Shown here: in pieces, positions 1 to 11,083 of the stretch | How positions within the stretch are numbered: position 1 is the first letter of the stretch | How the letters are laid out: the number at the start of each line of letters is the position of its first letter | From: Bacteriovoracia bacterium | GTDB lineage: Bacteria; Bdellovibrionota; Bacteriovoracia; Bacteriovoracales; Bacteriovoracaceae | Reading direction: 5' to 3' | Length of the DNA stretch: 23,015 nt | Assembly (NCBI GenBank): GCA_046570105.1 | Contig: JBKHVI010000045.1 | Span: 1-23,015, forward strand | Made by a program: the position numbers and the translations under genes | The notes under the pieces: model-generated | The model's database searches: none | What the model was told of the DNA's origin: nothing | The model's input: the letters and a program-made list of their open reading frames with translations, nothing else

Positions 1-2018
1 TGGGGACCGATTAAAGTGAATTCCACTGGGAAGCCACGACCAGAAGCTGAGAAGCCCCCTTGAGAGGTATCTTGCACAAAGACTTTTCCACCTTTAATTT
101 CTTTGAACTCTTTACGGTATTGATTGAGTAAATCCTTCATGACTGGACGATTTTTCTTATCCACCAAGGTCACAAACAAGTTAGCTGTATTGGATTCACT
201 ACCGCCGAAACCACCGATTGCAACAAAGTAGCGCTTCACTTCAGGCTTCTTTGAGAGACTCTCTTCTACTTGTTTCACCACATTATCTGTGAATTCAAGG
301 CTCGATCCTTCTGCTGTTTTCACGCGCATCAGGAAAAGTCCCGTATCCTGCGCCGGCACAAACTCTTTAGGGATTTGTGTCACTAAAAAGAAAGTTGAGA
401 TAAAAAAGATGGCGGAAAGACTTAAGACTTTCACGCGATTGTTCAGCACAAATTCTAACCAACGTTTATAGATAGCAATAATCTTATCAAAAATACGATC
501 GACAAAAGCACCTAACTTACTGGTGCGACCAGGAGGATCCATAAATTGTGAACAACGCATCGGAGTCAGTGTGAGGGCCTCTAGCAGAGACAGCCCGACT
601 GCCACTGAAATCGTGACACCAAATTGGAAAAAGTACTTACCGATAATCCCATCCATCAAAGCAACAGGAATAAAAATCGCCATGATGGCAACCGTCGCCG
701 CAATCGCCGCGAAGGTAATCTCATTGGCCCCTTTAAAGGAGGCTTCGCGACGAGACTTCCCTTCTTCGTGATGGCGATAAATATTCTCCAAAACCATGAT
801 GGCATCATCCACCACGATACCAATCGCCAAAGAAAGACCTAAGAGCGAGAAAGTATTGAGCGTAAAGCCCAGCCAGCTTAAAATAATGAAAGCACCCAAA
901 ATCGAAGTCGGGATCGCTAAAATAACGTTAATGGTGGCGGCAAAAGATCCTAAGAACAACCAACACACAATCGCCGTCAGAATCGCCGACATGGTCATGG
1001 TGAAAATCAACTCGTGGATTGATTCTTCAATAAATTGAGTCGAATCGAAGTTAATCCCGATCTCAGTTCCAGCAGGGAGCGTCTTTTGCAGCTCTGCCAT
1101 TTTCTTTTTAACACCATCAGCAACGGCCACAGTGTTAGAGCCTCGTTGTTTACGAACACCCATACCAACGGCATTCTTACCATTAACCCGCGATATACGA
1201 CGAACATCGGCCAGGCCATCTTCCACTTCAGCAACTTCACCGAGGAAGATAGGGCTAAAATTGGCACTGCCACCTCTACGAATAAGTGGCAACTTCTTAA
1301 ATTCTTCAACACTACTCGCTTCACCTAGAGTACGAACATTTCGTTCACGGGTAGCATCCTCTAGATAGCCTGAGGGAGCTTCTTGGTGCTCCGATTGAAT
1401 CGCCGCAATCACATCCGTCACAGTCATTTGAAACTGATTGAGTTTTTTTGACGAAACCCAAACACGCAAATTTGGATCAACGTAGCCGCCTAGAAAAACA
1501 TCCGCTACACCTGGAACCGTTTGAATTTTATCTCGCAATTGATCGCGTACATAGGCCATCAAAGTTTTACGATCCATCGTCTCCGAAGAAACTCCCAACC
1601 ACATAATGGGACGATCATCGGGGTTCACTTTGGTAATGACTGGTGGGTCAATATCATCAGGAAGATTTCGTTGGGCCTGATTAATCTTGGCCTCAATCTC
1701 GGAGACCGCCACATCGATATCTTTATCGAGACCAAACTCAACTGAAATATTGGCACTTCCCAAACGCGCGTTTGAAGTCACAGACTTTACACCCTCTACT
1801 GCTACAACAGCACTCTCAATGGGATCAACCACATCAAGCTCCATCACTTCCGGGGCCGCCCCCTCGTAAGTCACGGAGATGTTCACCATCGGGAAGTCCA
1901 CATCAGGTAACTGACTGACACCCATTCGAGTAAAAGCGAGATAACCAAAAACCATCAGGGCAAGCATCAGCATCCAGGCAAAGACCGGACGGCGAATGGA
2001 GAGATCGGATAAGCTCAT
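1..2018 (-). CDS. RND efflux transporter permease, AcrB/AcrD/AcrF family (5' part; continues beyond the left edge)
   Basis: Absent from the ORF track because it has no stop inside the window. Manual translation from the ATG at 2018-2016 gives MSLSDLSIRRPVFAWMLMLALMVFGYLAFTRMGVSQLPDVDFPMVNISVTYEGAAPEVMELDVVDPIE..., with TM4 GLSLAIGIVVDDAIMVLENIYRH and later LTLTPMRCS and KEFVPAQDTG, all typical RND motifs. The ATG overlaps the TolC stop (ATGA). Confidence 0.96.
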   Translation of the reverse strand, partial: MSLSDLSIRRPVFAWMLMLALMVFGYLAFTRMGVSQLPDVDFPMVNISVTYEGAAPEVMELDVVDPIESAVVAVEGVKSVTSNARLGSANISVEFGLDKDIDVAVSEIEAKINQAQRNLPDDIDPPVITKVNPDDRPIMWLGVSSETMDRKTLMAYVRDQLRDKIQTVPGVADVFLGGYVDPNLRVWVSSKKLNQFQMTVTDVIAAIQSEHQEAPSGYLEDATRERNVRTLGEASSVEEFKKLPLIRRGGSANFSPIFLGEVAEVEDGLADVRRISRVNGKNAVGMGVRKQRGSNTVAVADGVKKKMAELQKTLPAGTEIGINFDSTQFIEESIHELIFTMTMSAILTAIVCWLFLGSFAATINVILAIPTSILGAFIILSWLGFTLNTFSLLGLSLAIGIVVDDAIMVLENIYRHHEEGKSRREASFKGANEITFAAIAATVAIMAIFIPVALMDGIIGKYFFQFGVTISVAVGLSLLEALTLTPMRCSQFMDPPGRTSKLGAFVDRIFDKIIAIYKRWLEFVLNNRVKVLSLSAIFFISTFFLVTQIPKEFVPAQDTGLFLMRVKTAEGSSLEFTDNVVKQVEESLSKKPEVKRYFVAIGGFGGSESNTANLFVTLVDKKNRPVMKDLLNQYRKEFKEIKGGKVFVQDTSQGGFSASGRGFPVEFTLIGP

Positions 2019-3247
2019 GGAGTCACTCCTGTGGCCAAATTTAGTTGTAGAGCGAGCATCTCTTTTTCTAAGAGAGCGCGCTCGTAGCCACGTTTAGTAT
2101 CGATATATTGGTTGAGAGATTGCAAAACATCGAGGTTCGTTACCAAACCATAACGATAATCTTTTTTATTTTCTTCATAGGTGGCTTTTGACTTACCAAA
2201 AGCATTTTTAAGATCTTTCACCACCGCTTCTAACGCCTTGCTATTCTGCCAAAGAATACGGATATCACGTTCAGATTCGCGCTTGGTGCGCTCAAGGGTT
2301 AAGACTGCTTCTCGTTTGCGCTCGGTCGCTTCACGGGTGCTCGCTGCCACCGTGCCGCCTTGGTAAAGCGGAAGTGTCGCCACCACCCCAATATCCCATT
2401 CCGATTCAGCGAGGATACCAGTACGCTCAAAATAATAGTTGGCGGTAAAATCAAGTGTCGGATGATGGCCCGCTTTGGCAATCGTCGTGAGTTTTTCATT
2501 TAACAGTACTTCTTCCCCACGCGCCTTCACATCAGGGCGATCTTGGATTTTTATAATGTAATCATTGAGTGTTGCCACTTGCCCTTCCCCTGTAGGGAGC
2601 GCACCAAAACTCATTTTATGAGGTGCACCTGCCAAAAAATCCACTTGTTCCTGAGCTGCCGCCAGAGCACTTTCTGCGCGGGCCACATCAGCATCTACGG
2701 AAGCCAACTGAGCTTCGGCCTGGAGTAGCTCGCCTTTTCTTGAACGACCGACTTTCACGCGCTCACGGATTTCTTTCACCCGCTCGTCACTAAAATCTCG
2801 CAACTGACGAACATTCACTAAATCATTCTGCGCCATCCACAAATTGTAATAGGCATCTCCGGTTTGAGACCAAAGACCCAATCCTTCCTGCTCACGCAGA
2901 CGCTTTTGCACATCGATATCAATTTTAGCAAATGAGAACGCTGCCCAAGTGCCACCTCGATAGATAGGTTGCGCTAAATTAATCAAAGCTGAGTACTGAT
3001 TAATCCTTCTGAACGCATCACGAGGCCCTGGTAAAGGATCGACCTCTTGATAGTTATAGCGGGCGGTAACTGAGGGGCGCAAACTTCCCACCGCTTGAGT
3101 TTTACGCTCTTCTGCTTGCAGCGTTCGCGACTCGGTGATGGCAATCGTTTCAGAGCGCTTCTCAGCGAGCGCATGAAGATCTTTTAAACCAGTTGGAGTA
3201 GCAGCACTGGCAGCTACGGGAATCAAGCAACACAACAACCATCTCAT
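2015..3247 (-). CDS. TolC family outer membrane efflux protein
   Basis: Signal peptide, two OEP-like repeats (LINLAQPIYRGG; VVATLPLYQGG; YRYGLVTNLDVLQS) and coiled-coil segments. ATGA overlaps couple it to both MarR and the RND gene. Confidence 0.93.
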   Translation of the reverse strand: MRWLLCCLIPVAASAATPTGLKDLHALAEKRSETIAITESRTLQAEERKTQAVGSLRPSVTARYNYQEVDPLPGPRDAFRRINQYSALINLAQPIYRGGTWAAFSFAKIDIDVQKRLREQEGLGLWSQTGDAYYNLWMAQNDLVNVRQLRDFSDERVKEIRERVKVGRSRKGELLQAEAQLASVDADVARAESALAAAQEQVDFLAGAPHKMSFGALPTGEGQVATLNDYIIKIQDRPDVKARGEEVLLNEKLTTIAKAGHHPTLDFTANYYFERTGILAESEWDIGVVATLPLYQGGTVAASTREATERKREAVLTLERTKRESERDIRILWQNSKALEAVVKDLKNAFGKSKATYEENKKDYRYGLVTNLDVLQSLNQYIDTKRGYERALLEKEMLALQLNLATGVTP

Positions 3248-3678
3248 GCAACAACCTCGCCTCGATTCGATGAAAATACTTTTTGTAAGAGTAAGAGCGC
3301 TTCTAAAACTTGTTTCTGTTCTTTATTATTTAAGTCATCCAAATGAATTTGCATGTTTTTTTCAACTTGCGTACGCACTCGTCTCACGACAGTTTGACCT
3401 GCGCGAGTCAGTGTCAGTTTGACGTGGCGGCGATCAATGGGGTTCACTTCACGATGAAGTAATTCTCTTTTAACTAAAACTTCCACCATCTTAGACATAG
3501 CAGCGGCGGTGACTCCCAAATGGCGCGCCAAAAAGCACGATGATTCATGGCCAACGTTAACAAAAAAGAGCACGCGAAATTGATTGATACTTAAACCATC
3601 CGGCAAACCCGAATGGAGTTCTTTGCGCCATTCGCGCATGACTGAAGGAATTGTGTCTAAAAGATGAGTCGCTAGCAT
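3244..3678 (-). CDS. MarR family transcriptional regulator
   Basis: 144 aa with GLSINQFRVL, HTH LARHLGVTAAAMSKMVEVLVKRELL and wing motif DRRHVKLTLTRAG. First gene of the efflux operon. Confidence 0.94.
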   Translation of the reverse strand: MLATHLLDTIPSVMREWRKELHSGLPDGLSINQFRVLFFVNVGHESSCFLARHLGVTAAAMSKMVEVLVKRELLHREVNPIDRRHVKLTLTRAGQTVVRRVRTQVEKNMQIHLDDLNNKEQKQVLEALLLLQKVFSSNRGEVVA

Positions 3679-3688
3679 GGGATAATAT

Positions 3689-3707
3689 TAGTTAACTGGG
3701 TTAACTA
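3689..3707. promoter_or_regulatory. Putative MarR operator, TAGTTAAC-N3-GTTAACTA
   Basis: Perfect 8-bp inverted repeat 10 nt upstream of the marR ATG, overlapping a -10-like TAATAT (minus strand, 3690-3685). MarR proteins typically autoregulate through such palindromes. Confidence 0.75.
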
Positions 3708-3750
3708 TTAAAAGCACTGTTCAGGCCCTGACAAAGATAAAACATAGTTC

Positions 3751-3780
3751 TGGACTAAATAACTCGCCGCAAAGTAAAAT
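3751..3780 (+). promoter_or_regulatory. Possible sigma70-type promoter for the EamA/RhtA gene
   Basis: TGGACT (3751-3756), 18-nt spacer, TAAAAT (3775-3780), then 13 nt to the GTG start. Confidence 0.4.
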
Positions 3781-3793
3781 TATTTTTAACCAG

Positions 3794-4636
3794 GTGAACC
3801 TTTTGGCACTCTCACTCGTCACACTCTTTATTGGTATGTGCTCCATTCAATATGGGGCCACACTTTCACGCACACTCTTCCCTGTTCTCGGGGCCACCGG
3901 CGCAACTTTTTGGCGTCTTACCTTAGCGGCACTCCTCTTAAGTCTTATCTGGCGGCCTTGGAAAACACCTCTCACCCGTGTACAATTAAAAGGCGTACTA
4001 CTTTACGGCTGTGCTTTGGGCGTAATGAATCTGACATTCTACTTTGCCATTGAACGTATCCCGCTAGGTATAGCTGTTGCCTTAGAGTTCACAGGTCCCC
4101 TGGCGGTGGCGATTTATAATTCACGCCGCCTAGTGGATTTTGTGTGGGCGATTTTAGCAGGCCTTGGTCTTTATCTTTTACTGCCTCTGACTGAAACCAG
4201 CACCCTAGATCCTTGGGGTGTGGCGATGGCGCTCATTGCAGGTGTTTGTTGGGGTCTTTATATTATTTTTGGTCAACGTACCTCGCAGAATCTTCCTGGA
4301 ACTCTCGCCGCCACCTGGGGAATGATTTTTGCGGCGATGGTGGCCTTACCAGTCGGCGTTGTGAAATTAGGTACGGAGCTATGGCAGCCCCAACTGGCCA
4401 TGATGGCGATTCTGGTGGCGGTATTTTCTAGTGCGCTTCCCTATTCATTGGAAATGATCGCCCTCAAACATCTCAAAGCGCACACCTTTAGTATTCTGAT
4501 GAGTCTTGAGCCAGCGATTGCCACTTTGATGGGATTGATTTTTCTCAGAGAGTTTTTAGGTATAACTGAAATGATCGCTATTGCCTGTATTATGCTTGCC
4601 TCCCTTGGATCAGCTTTGACCCACAGTCATAAATAA
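3794..4636 (+). CDS. rhtA: EamA/DMT family transporter, RhtA-like threonine/homoserine exporter
   Basis: About 10 hydrophobic segments with RhtA-like motifs SIQYGATLSRTLFP, MNLTFYFAIERIPLGIAVALEFTGPLAVA, SSALPYSLEMIAL and FSILMSLEPAIA. Confidence 0.88.
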   Translation: MNLLALSLVTLFIGMCSIQYGATLSRTLFPVLGATGATFWRLTLAALLLSLIWRPWKTPLTRVQLKGVLLYGCALGVMNLTFYFAIERIPLGIAVALEFTGPLAVAIYNSRRLVDFVWAILAGLGLYLLLPLTETSTLDPWGVAMALIAGVCWGLYIIFGQRTSQNLPGTLAATWGMIFAAMVALPVGVVKLGTELWQPQLAMMAILVAVFSSALPYSLEMIALKHLKAHTFSILMSLEPAIATLMGLIFLREFLGITEMIAIACIMLASLGSALTHSHK

Positions 4637-4725
4637 AACCTATCACATCCATACAATTCATTCATTTTATCTATCGACAAAGCCTCGCTATAAGCTCTTA
4701 AACCAAACTTTCGCCAGGAGCTGTT

Positions 4726-5112
4726 ATGAAAATTCTTTTTATCCTCACAGCACTTATGAGCCTACAGAGTTTTGCCGACACATGTACGGTTAAAAATGAA
4801 ACCAGCATTCGTCTATTTCGGGAAAAGATCCCGGCAGGCGCAAAGGCGATTAATCAGGCCGGGAATGACGTTGGCCTAAATGATGTTCTAGATGATGCTC
4901 TTTTTCATTTTGAATTAAGCGACGGACGACTCTCAAAATCTTACCAGTGGATGTACAATCCTCTGACAAAACTCAGTGATGATGAATATGTGGTGCAATC
5001 GTTTGGCGAGACTGTATCCGTTAAACTTATTTCTCGGGAAGATAACCTTGTTGAAGTCATCTATATCGGCTCACAATCTGGCAATTATCTTAATCTGCTT
5101 TGTCAGCGCTAA
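4726..5112 (+). CDS. Hypothetical secreted protein
   Basis: AGGAG Shine-Dalgarno, signal peptide [17 protein letters not shown], and one Cys near each end of the mature chain (possible disulfide). No family recognised. Confidence 0.75.
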   Translation: MKILFILTALMSLQSFADTCTVKNETSIRLFREKIPAGAKAINQAGNDVGLNDVLDDALFHFELSDGRLSKSYQWMYNPLTKLSDDEYVVQSFGETVSVKLISREDNLVEVIYIGSQSGNYLNLLCQR

Positions 5113-5320
5113 TAAAACTGACGTAGAGAGCTTCAACCTGCGTACGGGCCCATGGAGTTTTACGCAAGAAGGCCAGACTTGATTTAATACTGGGCTCGAA
5201 TTGAAAGCAGCGAATATTAATTAATAGACCCAATTCATCCCAGCCATAATGGGCCACAAGCTCATTTAAAATAGCTTCAAGGGTTTTGCCATGGAGTGGG
5301 TCGCGATGCTTTTGATCCAT
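5090..5320 (-). CDS. VF530 family (DUF2132) small putative DNA-binding protein
   Basis: [25 protein letters not shown]...IRCF...[24 protein letters not shown] is the family signature. I prefer the ATG at 5320 over the ORF-track start at 5341. Confidence 0.9.
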   Translation of the reverse strand: MDQKHRDPLHGKTLEAILNELVAHYGWDELGLLINIRCFQFEPSIKSSLAFLRKTPWARTQVEALYVSFISADKAD

Positions 5321-5350
5321 GCCTGAAGATAACTCAGACAAAGTGAATTA

Positions 5351-5374
5351 GGCCATGGGGATTAACCCATGGCC
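5351..5374 (-). terminator. Stem-loop downstream of the chemoreceptor gene (probable terminator)
   Basis: GGCCATGGG-gattaa-CCCATGGCC, a 9-bp perfect stem 7 nt past the MCP stop. The U-tract is weak. Confidence 0.6.
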
Positions 5375-5381
5375 CACAAAT

Positions 5382-6956
5382 TTACTTTTGAACTTGAGAG
5401 ACAAGTGTCTTCAGTGTATCGGCAAGGCCAGAGAGCACTTCTGATGATTTTAAAGTTTGATCACATTTGTGTTCACTCTGAGAAGCCGCTTCGGCGACAA
5501 GCTTAATGGTTCCAGCAATGCTTTCGACACCTTTTTTCGAATCACCAATGACTCGAGACACTTCGTTAGTGACAGCAGTCTGCTCTTCAACCGCAGCGGC
5601 AATCGCACCCGAGATTGAATTGAGTTTTTCCATCGCTTTGGAAATCCCACCAATAGCTTCGACTGCACCTTGAGTATCTTTTTGAATCGCACCAATTTTA
5701 TTGGTAATATCTTCAGTCGCTTTGGCAGTTTGTTTCGCCAGCTCTTTCACTTCGTTAGCAACAACTGAGAAGCCTTTGCCGGCATCCCCTGCACGAGCGG
5801 CTTCGATGGTTGCGTTCAGGGCCAAAAGATTGGTCTGCTGAGCGATAGAACTAATCACTTTAATCACATTACCAATTTCTTGCGAGCTCAAACCAAGCTG
5901 CTGAATGGTTTTGTTGGTATCTTGCGCGTTCGCCAAAGTGGTTCGTGACATCTCTGCCGACTCGTTTGATGAGCGAGAAATTTCACGAATCGAGGCCACC
6001 ATTTCTTCTGTAGAAACGGCGAGTGTTTGAATCGAAGAAAAAAGGTTCTCTGATGCGATTGTCGCTTTGGCCGATTCTTCACTGGTGTTTTTAGCGTTGC
6101 CACTCATTTGGTTGGCGTTTGATTTAAGCTCCGTCGCGTTCTCGGCAAGCTTCACAGAAGATTCTGCGAGAGCGGTAATCATAGTACGCAGTGGCGTAAT
6201 GTCAGAAGCAAACTTCACCACTTTATAAGGCTTGCCACTGATATCAAGGATGGGATTATAAGAGGCATTGATCCAGACCACTTTGCCACCTTTACCAAGA
6301 CGCTTATATTCACCAGAATCGTATTGGCCGCGATTGAGTTTTTCCCAGAAGGCGCGGTATTCAGATGAACTTGAATAGCTTGGCTCACAGAACTGTGAAT
6401 GATGCTTACCTTTAATTTCATCTAGGCCATAGCCTAAAGTTGAAAGAAAGTTTTGATTGGCGGTAATAACACTACCATCCATATTAAATTCAATCACCGC
6501 TTGCGCTTTAGAAACCGCTTCAAGCGTGGATGAGAATTCAATATTGCGCATTTTTTCTGCCGTCACATCGGTGGCAAACTTTATGACTTTGTAGGCTTTG
6601 CCTTTCTCATCAAACACAGGATTGTAAGACGCATTAATCCAGATCTCACGGCCATCTTTTGTTATGCGCTTATACTCTCCTGTATCAAATTCTCCGCGAT
6701 TGAGTTTTTCCCAAAAGCGTTTGTAATCTAGAGAAGTCGTCAGTTTTTCATCGCAGAAAATTTTATGATGGCGCCCTTGAATCTCCTCTTTCGCATAACC
6801 CAAGGCCTGGCAAAAATTTTCATTGGCAGTAATGATCGTGCCATCGAGATTGAATTCAATCACCGCTTGCACTTTACTAATCGCATCGTTCACTGCTTCG
6901 AGCTCTTGGATGTATTGTGCATCTGTTCTTTCAATTTTTCTGGCGGCGTTAGACAT
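5382..6956 (-). CDS. Soluble methyl-accepting chemotaxis protein with two N-terminal PAS/PAC domains (BdlA-like architecture)
   Basis: Two repeats (QAVIEFNxDGxxITANxNF...FWEKLNRG...WINASYNP...YKVxKFAxD) and the MCP core [37 protein letters not shown]. No transmembrane segment. GGGAG SD upstream. Confidence 0.96.
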   Translation of the reverse strand: MSNAARKIERTDAQYIQELEAVNDAISKVQAVIEFNLDGTIITANENFCQALGYAKEEIQGRHHKIFCDEKLTTSLDYKRFWEKLNRGEFDTGEYKRITKDGREIWINASYNPVFDEKGKAYKVIKFATDVTAEKMRNIEFSSTLEAVSKAQAVIEFNMDGSVITANQNFLSTLGYGLDEIKGKHHSQFCEPSYSSSSEYRAFWEKLNRGQYDSGEYKRLGKGGKVVWINASYNPILDISGKPYKVVKFASDITPLRTMITALAESSVKLAENATELKSNANQMSGNAKNTSEESAKATIASENLFSSIQTLAVSTEEMVASIREISRSSNESAEMSRTTLANAQDTNKTIQQLGLSSQEIGNVIKVISSIAQQTNLLALNATIEAARAGDAGKGFSVVANEVKELAKQTAKATEDITNKIGAIQKDTQGAVEAIGGISKAMEKLNSISGAIAAAVEEQTAVTNEVSRVIGDSKKGVESIAGTIKLVAEAASQSEHKCDQTLKSSEVLSGLADTLKTLVSQVQK

Positions 6957-7239
6957 GAGATCATCTCCCTTAGGTTAAATTCAAACAAAAATTCTTAACT
7001 GTTACATGATAGCTCTTCGTACGTTTCGAGCTAGGGGATGAAAAATGAGTGCTCTTTTCATAATTGAATGCAGTGAAACTCTTTTCGTTTCCGAAAAAAA
7101 ACCTGCCTTAGGTCATGGAATTGCCGAGTTTCTTTTTTGAAAAGGGATGAGAATTTTATTTAGGACAAAAGCTTGAATGAGCCTAGGAACGGATACTTAA
7201 ATGAATGGGACCAATATTTTTTAAATTTCCTAAATTTTC

Positions 7240-7272
7240 AATTTGAATGAGCAAAAACTGCTCATTCAAATT
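7240..7272 (-). terminator. 14-bp perfect stem-loop after the 7275-7721 gene
   Basis: AATTTGAATGAGCA-aaaac-TGCTCATTCAAATT, immediately 3' of the stop codon. Confidence 0.65.
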
Positions 7273-7274
7273 AC

Positions 7275-7721
7275 TCAGTTTTTAGAACAGTTCATATGAA
7301 CAGTGCCGCCAGCATGGTCTTCAATCCCTGTCAGCATCATGAATGCCTTGAATTCTGCTACATCTTCTTCAAAGACAGCAAAAGGCATAATGAGTGAGCC
7401 GCCACCTAATTCAATCATGTGTGAGAAATCAAAACGGAAGTGATTAACATAAACAGTCGGACGATAGTTGCGTCTGTTTTTGAGTGGCTTCACTGTTTGG
7501 CTTTCAAAAGCAGCAAAAGGTATTTCGCCGATCTTAATATCGTAGCTGATTTTGTAATTAGTTAAACGAATGCGATAAGGAGAAGTTTCAAGACTTCCCT
7601 TCACGGCCACTTTCGCCTGCATATGATCGTTGAAGGTTAAATGCTCACCCGTGCATTCAAAACTGACTGCATGAGCGGAAACAGTAAACAACAAGGCCAA
7701 AACCAGTAGAAAATTCTTCAT
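7275..7721 (-). CDS. Hypothetical secreted protein
   Basis: The probable start is the ATG at 7721 (AGAGGT SD, signal peptide MKNFLLVLALLFTVSAHA). The ORF-track extension to 7874 overlaps fghA. There is one Cys near each end of the mature chain. Confidence 0.78.
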   Translation of the reverse strand: MKNFLLVLALLFTVSAHAVSFECTGEHLTFNDHMQAKVAVKGSLETSPYRIRLTNYKISYDIKIGEIPFAAFESQTVKPLKNRRNYRPTVYVNHFRFDFSHMIELGGGSLIMPFAVFEEDVAEFKAFMMLTGIEDHAGGTVHMNCSKN

Positions 7722-7797
7722 AAAAACCTCTTTAATAGGCTTGTATGTAGTCCAATCGAAACACTTGGTACAGGGCGTAGATAAGTTTTTAGCTATC

Positions 7798-9842
<2,045 letters not shown>

Positions 9843-9894
9843 TTAAGCCTCTCGACTCGTGGCATTAATTAGCCTCATTTTAAGGGAAGTACCT

Positions 9895-10455
9895 ATGAAA
9901 ATTCTCATTTTTAGTTTCTTGGTCTTGAGTGCTGGCGCCAACAGTTTCGCAAGTAATCTGGGTCCAAAAGATTTACGCGCTAAAGAGTTAGCGGAAAATC
10001 GCTCCTATTTTGACGGCTTAGCCGAACATTTTACCAAGGGCGTGCGTCCTCAGATTAGCAACCTCATGCATCAGACTATTTCTGGCCGCTGCTATTTTTA
10101 TGAAAAACCCCATAACCCCATCGGTGCCGTTCTCTATATTAAGCAAATAACGCCGAGTTCACATGGCCCGTTAGTTCTCCACACCGCCCCGGCCTATGAA
10201 GGCGTTCGAGTCATCAATAGCTATGCCTCTGCTTTCGATCAAATCACCCCAACACAACTTATAATTCGCTATGATCTCACTTTTGGTGATGTGCGCTTCG
10301 CTAACGAATCATTCACGCTCAATGAGCGTCGCCAGAAGCGCTTCAAGACCACTTATAAACAAAGCGGTGAATTCTTAATAGAAGAAAATCAGGACCTGCA
10401 GGTCACTGATCGCTCCGACAAAACCAATATGCGTTGTTACTACTTTAAAAAATAA
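9895..10455 (+). CDS. Hypothetical secreted protein
   Basis: Probable ATG at 9895 after AAGGGAAG, signal peptide MKILIFSFLVLSAGANSFA, two Cys (GRCYF, MRCYYF). Confidence 0.75.
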   Translation: MKILIFSFLVLSAGANSFASNLGPKDLRAKELAENRSYFDGLAEHFTKGVRPQISNLMHQTISGRCYFYEKPHNPIGAVLYIKQITPSSHGPLVLHTAPAYEGVRVINSYASAFDQITPTQLIIRYDLTFGDVRFANESFTLNERRQKRFKTTYKQSGEFLIEENQDLQVTDRSDKTNMRCYYFKK

Positions 10456-10477
10456 TCCACCCCAGCAAGGAAAATAT

Positions 10478-11005
10478 ATGAAAACTTTAATCTTGTTAGC
10501 TGCTCTCTTAGGTGCCACTGAAGTGATGGCACGTACGACTCTCTTGAACGCTGACTTTGGCGCTCTTGGCGCGGAAGGGAAGTCTCTCCCTACTCGCTCA
10601 TCAAATAAAGAGGCCCGTGAACTTTTCAACGCCTTGACTGTTGCCGAAGGCTCTGGCGTGAAAGAAGTCTCTGCTAAAGAAGGTAAATTCACTTGTCGTC
10701 GCATGGAAGGTCGTAACAAATTCTCATGCGCGCTCTTTATCAATGCACCCATGGCAGAAGCGCAAATTCAAAACTTTCGCAACAGAGAGTATGTCTCCTT
10801 TAAAGGAGAAATCGCCGCTGAACTTTGGGAAGCGATGCTGGCAATCCCTGTTCAACCGCGTATGGGTGTTATCATGAAGTCGGCCGGCAACTTAAGCTGT
10901 ATTATGTCGGCGCTTCCTGGCCAGGGAGTGAAACATACTTGCAACCTGAGAGATGTACGCGCCTCAATGTACACGCTTGATGATATCCGTCACGTTCGTA
11001 ACTAA
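10478..11005 (+). CDS. Hypothetical secreted protein with an internal two-fold Cys-pair repeat
   Basis: AAGGAA SD, signal peptide, and two similar segments each with a Cys pair. Confidence 0.8.
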   Translation: MKTLILLAALLGATEVMARTTLLNADFGALGAEGKSLPTRSSNKEARELFNALTVAEGSGVKEVSAKEGKFTCRRMEGRNKFSCALFINAPMAEAQIQNFRNREYVSFKGEIAAELWEAMLAIPVQPRMGVIMKSAGNLSCIMSALPGQGVKHTCNLRDVRASMYTLDDIRHVRN

Positions 11006-11013
11006 TGAATGTC

Positions 11014-11046
11014 GGGCCTTCTTAATAATTAAGAGGGCCCTCTTAA
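11014..11046. repeat. Overlapping inverted and direct repeats (possible terminator or operator)
   Basis: GGGCCTTCTTAA (11014-11025) can pair with TTAAGAGGGCCC (11029-11040) with one G-U pair. 11029-11046 is itself a perfect 18-bp palindrome, TTAAGAGGGCCCTCTTAA. Confidence 0.7.
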
Positions 11047-11083
11047 CTAGACGTCTCCCTAAAATTCCCGCACCATCTTTCTC

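Noticed and set aside
289..1869. Short ORFs in the track over 289-1869
   Set aside because: They are antisense or off-frame shadows of the RND gene on the minus strand (1-2018).
6328..6713. 20-nt direct repeat CCGCGATTGAGTTTTTCCCA as a CRISPR or att site
   Set aside because: Only two copies, in frame within the duplicated PAS domains, and no cas or integrase gene is present.
6957..7239. c-di-GMP riboswitch or sigma28 promoter upstream of the chemoreceptor
   Set aside because: I found no convincing GEMM P1/P2 architecture, and the best sigma28-like match (TCAT-N16-TACGAAGA) is too degenerate.
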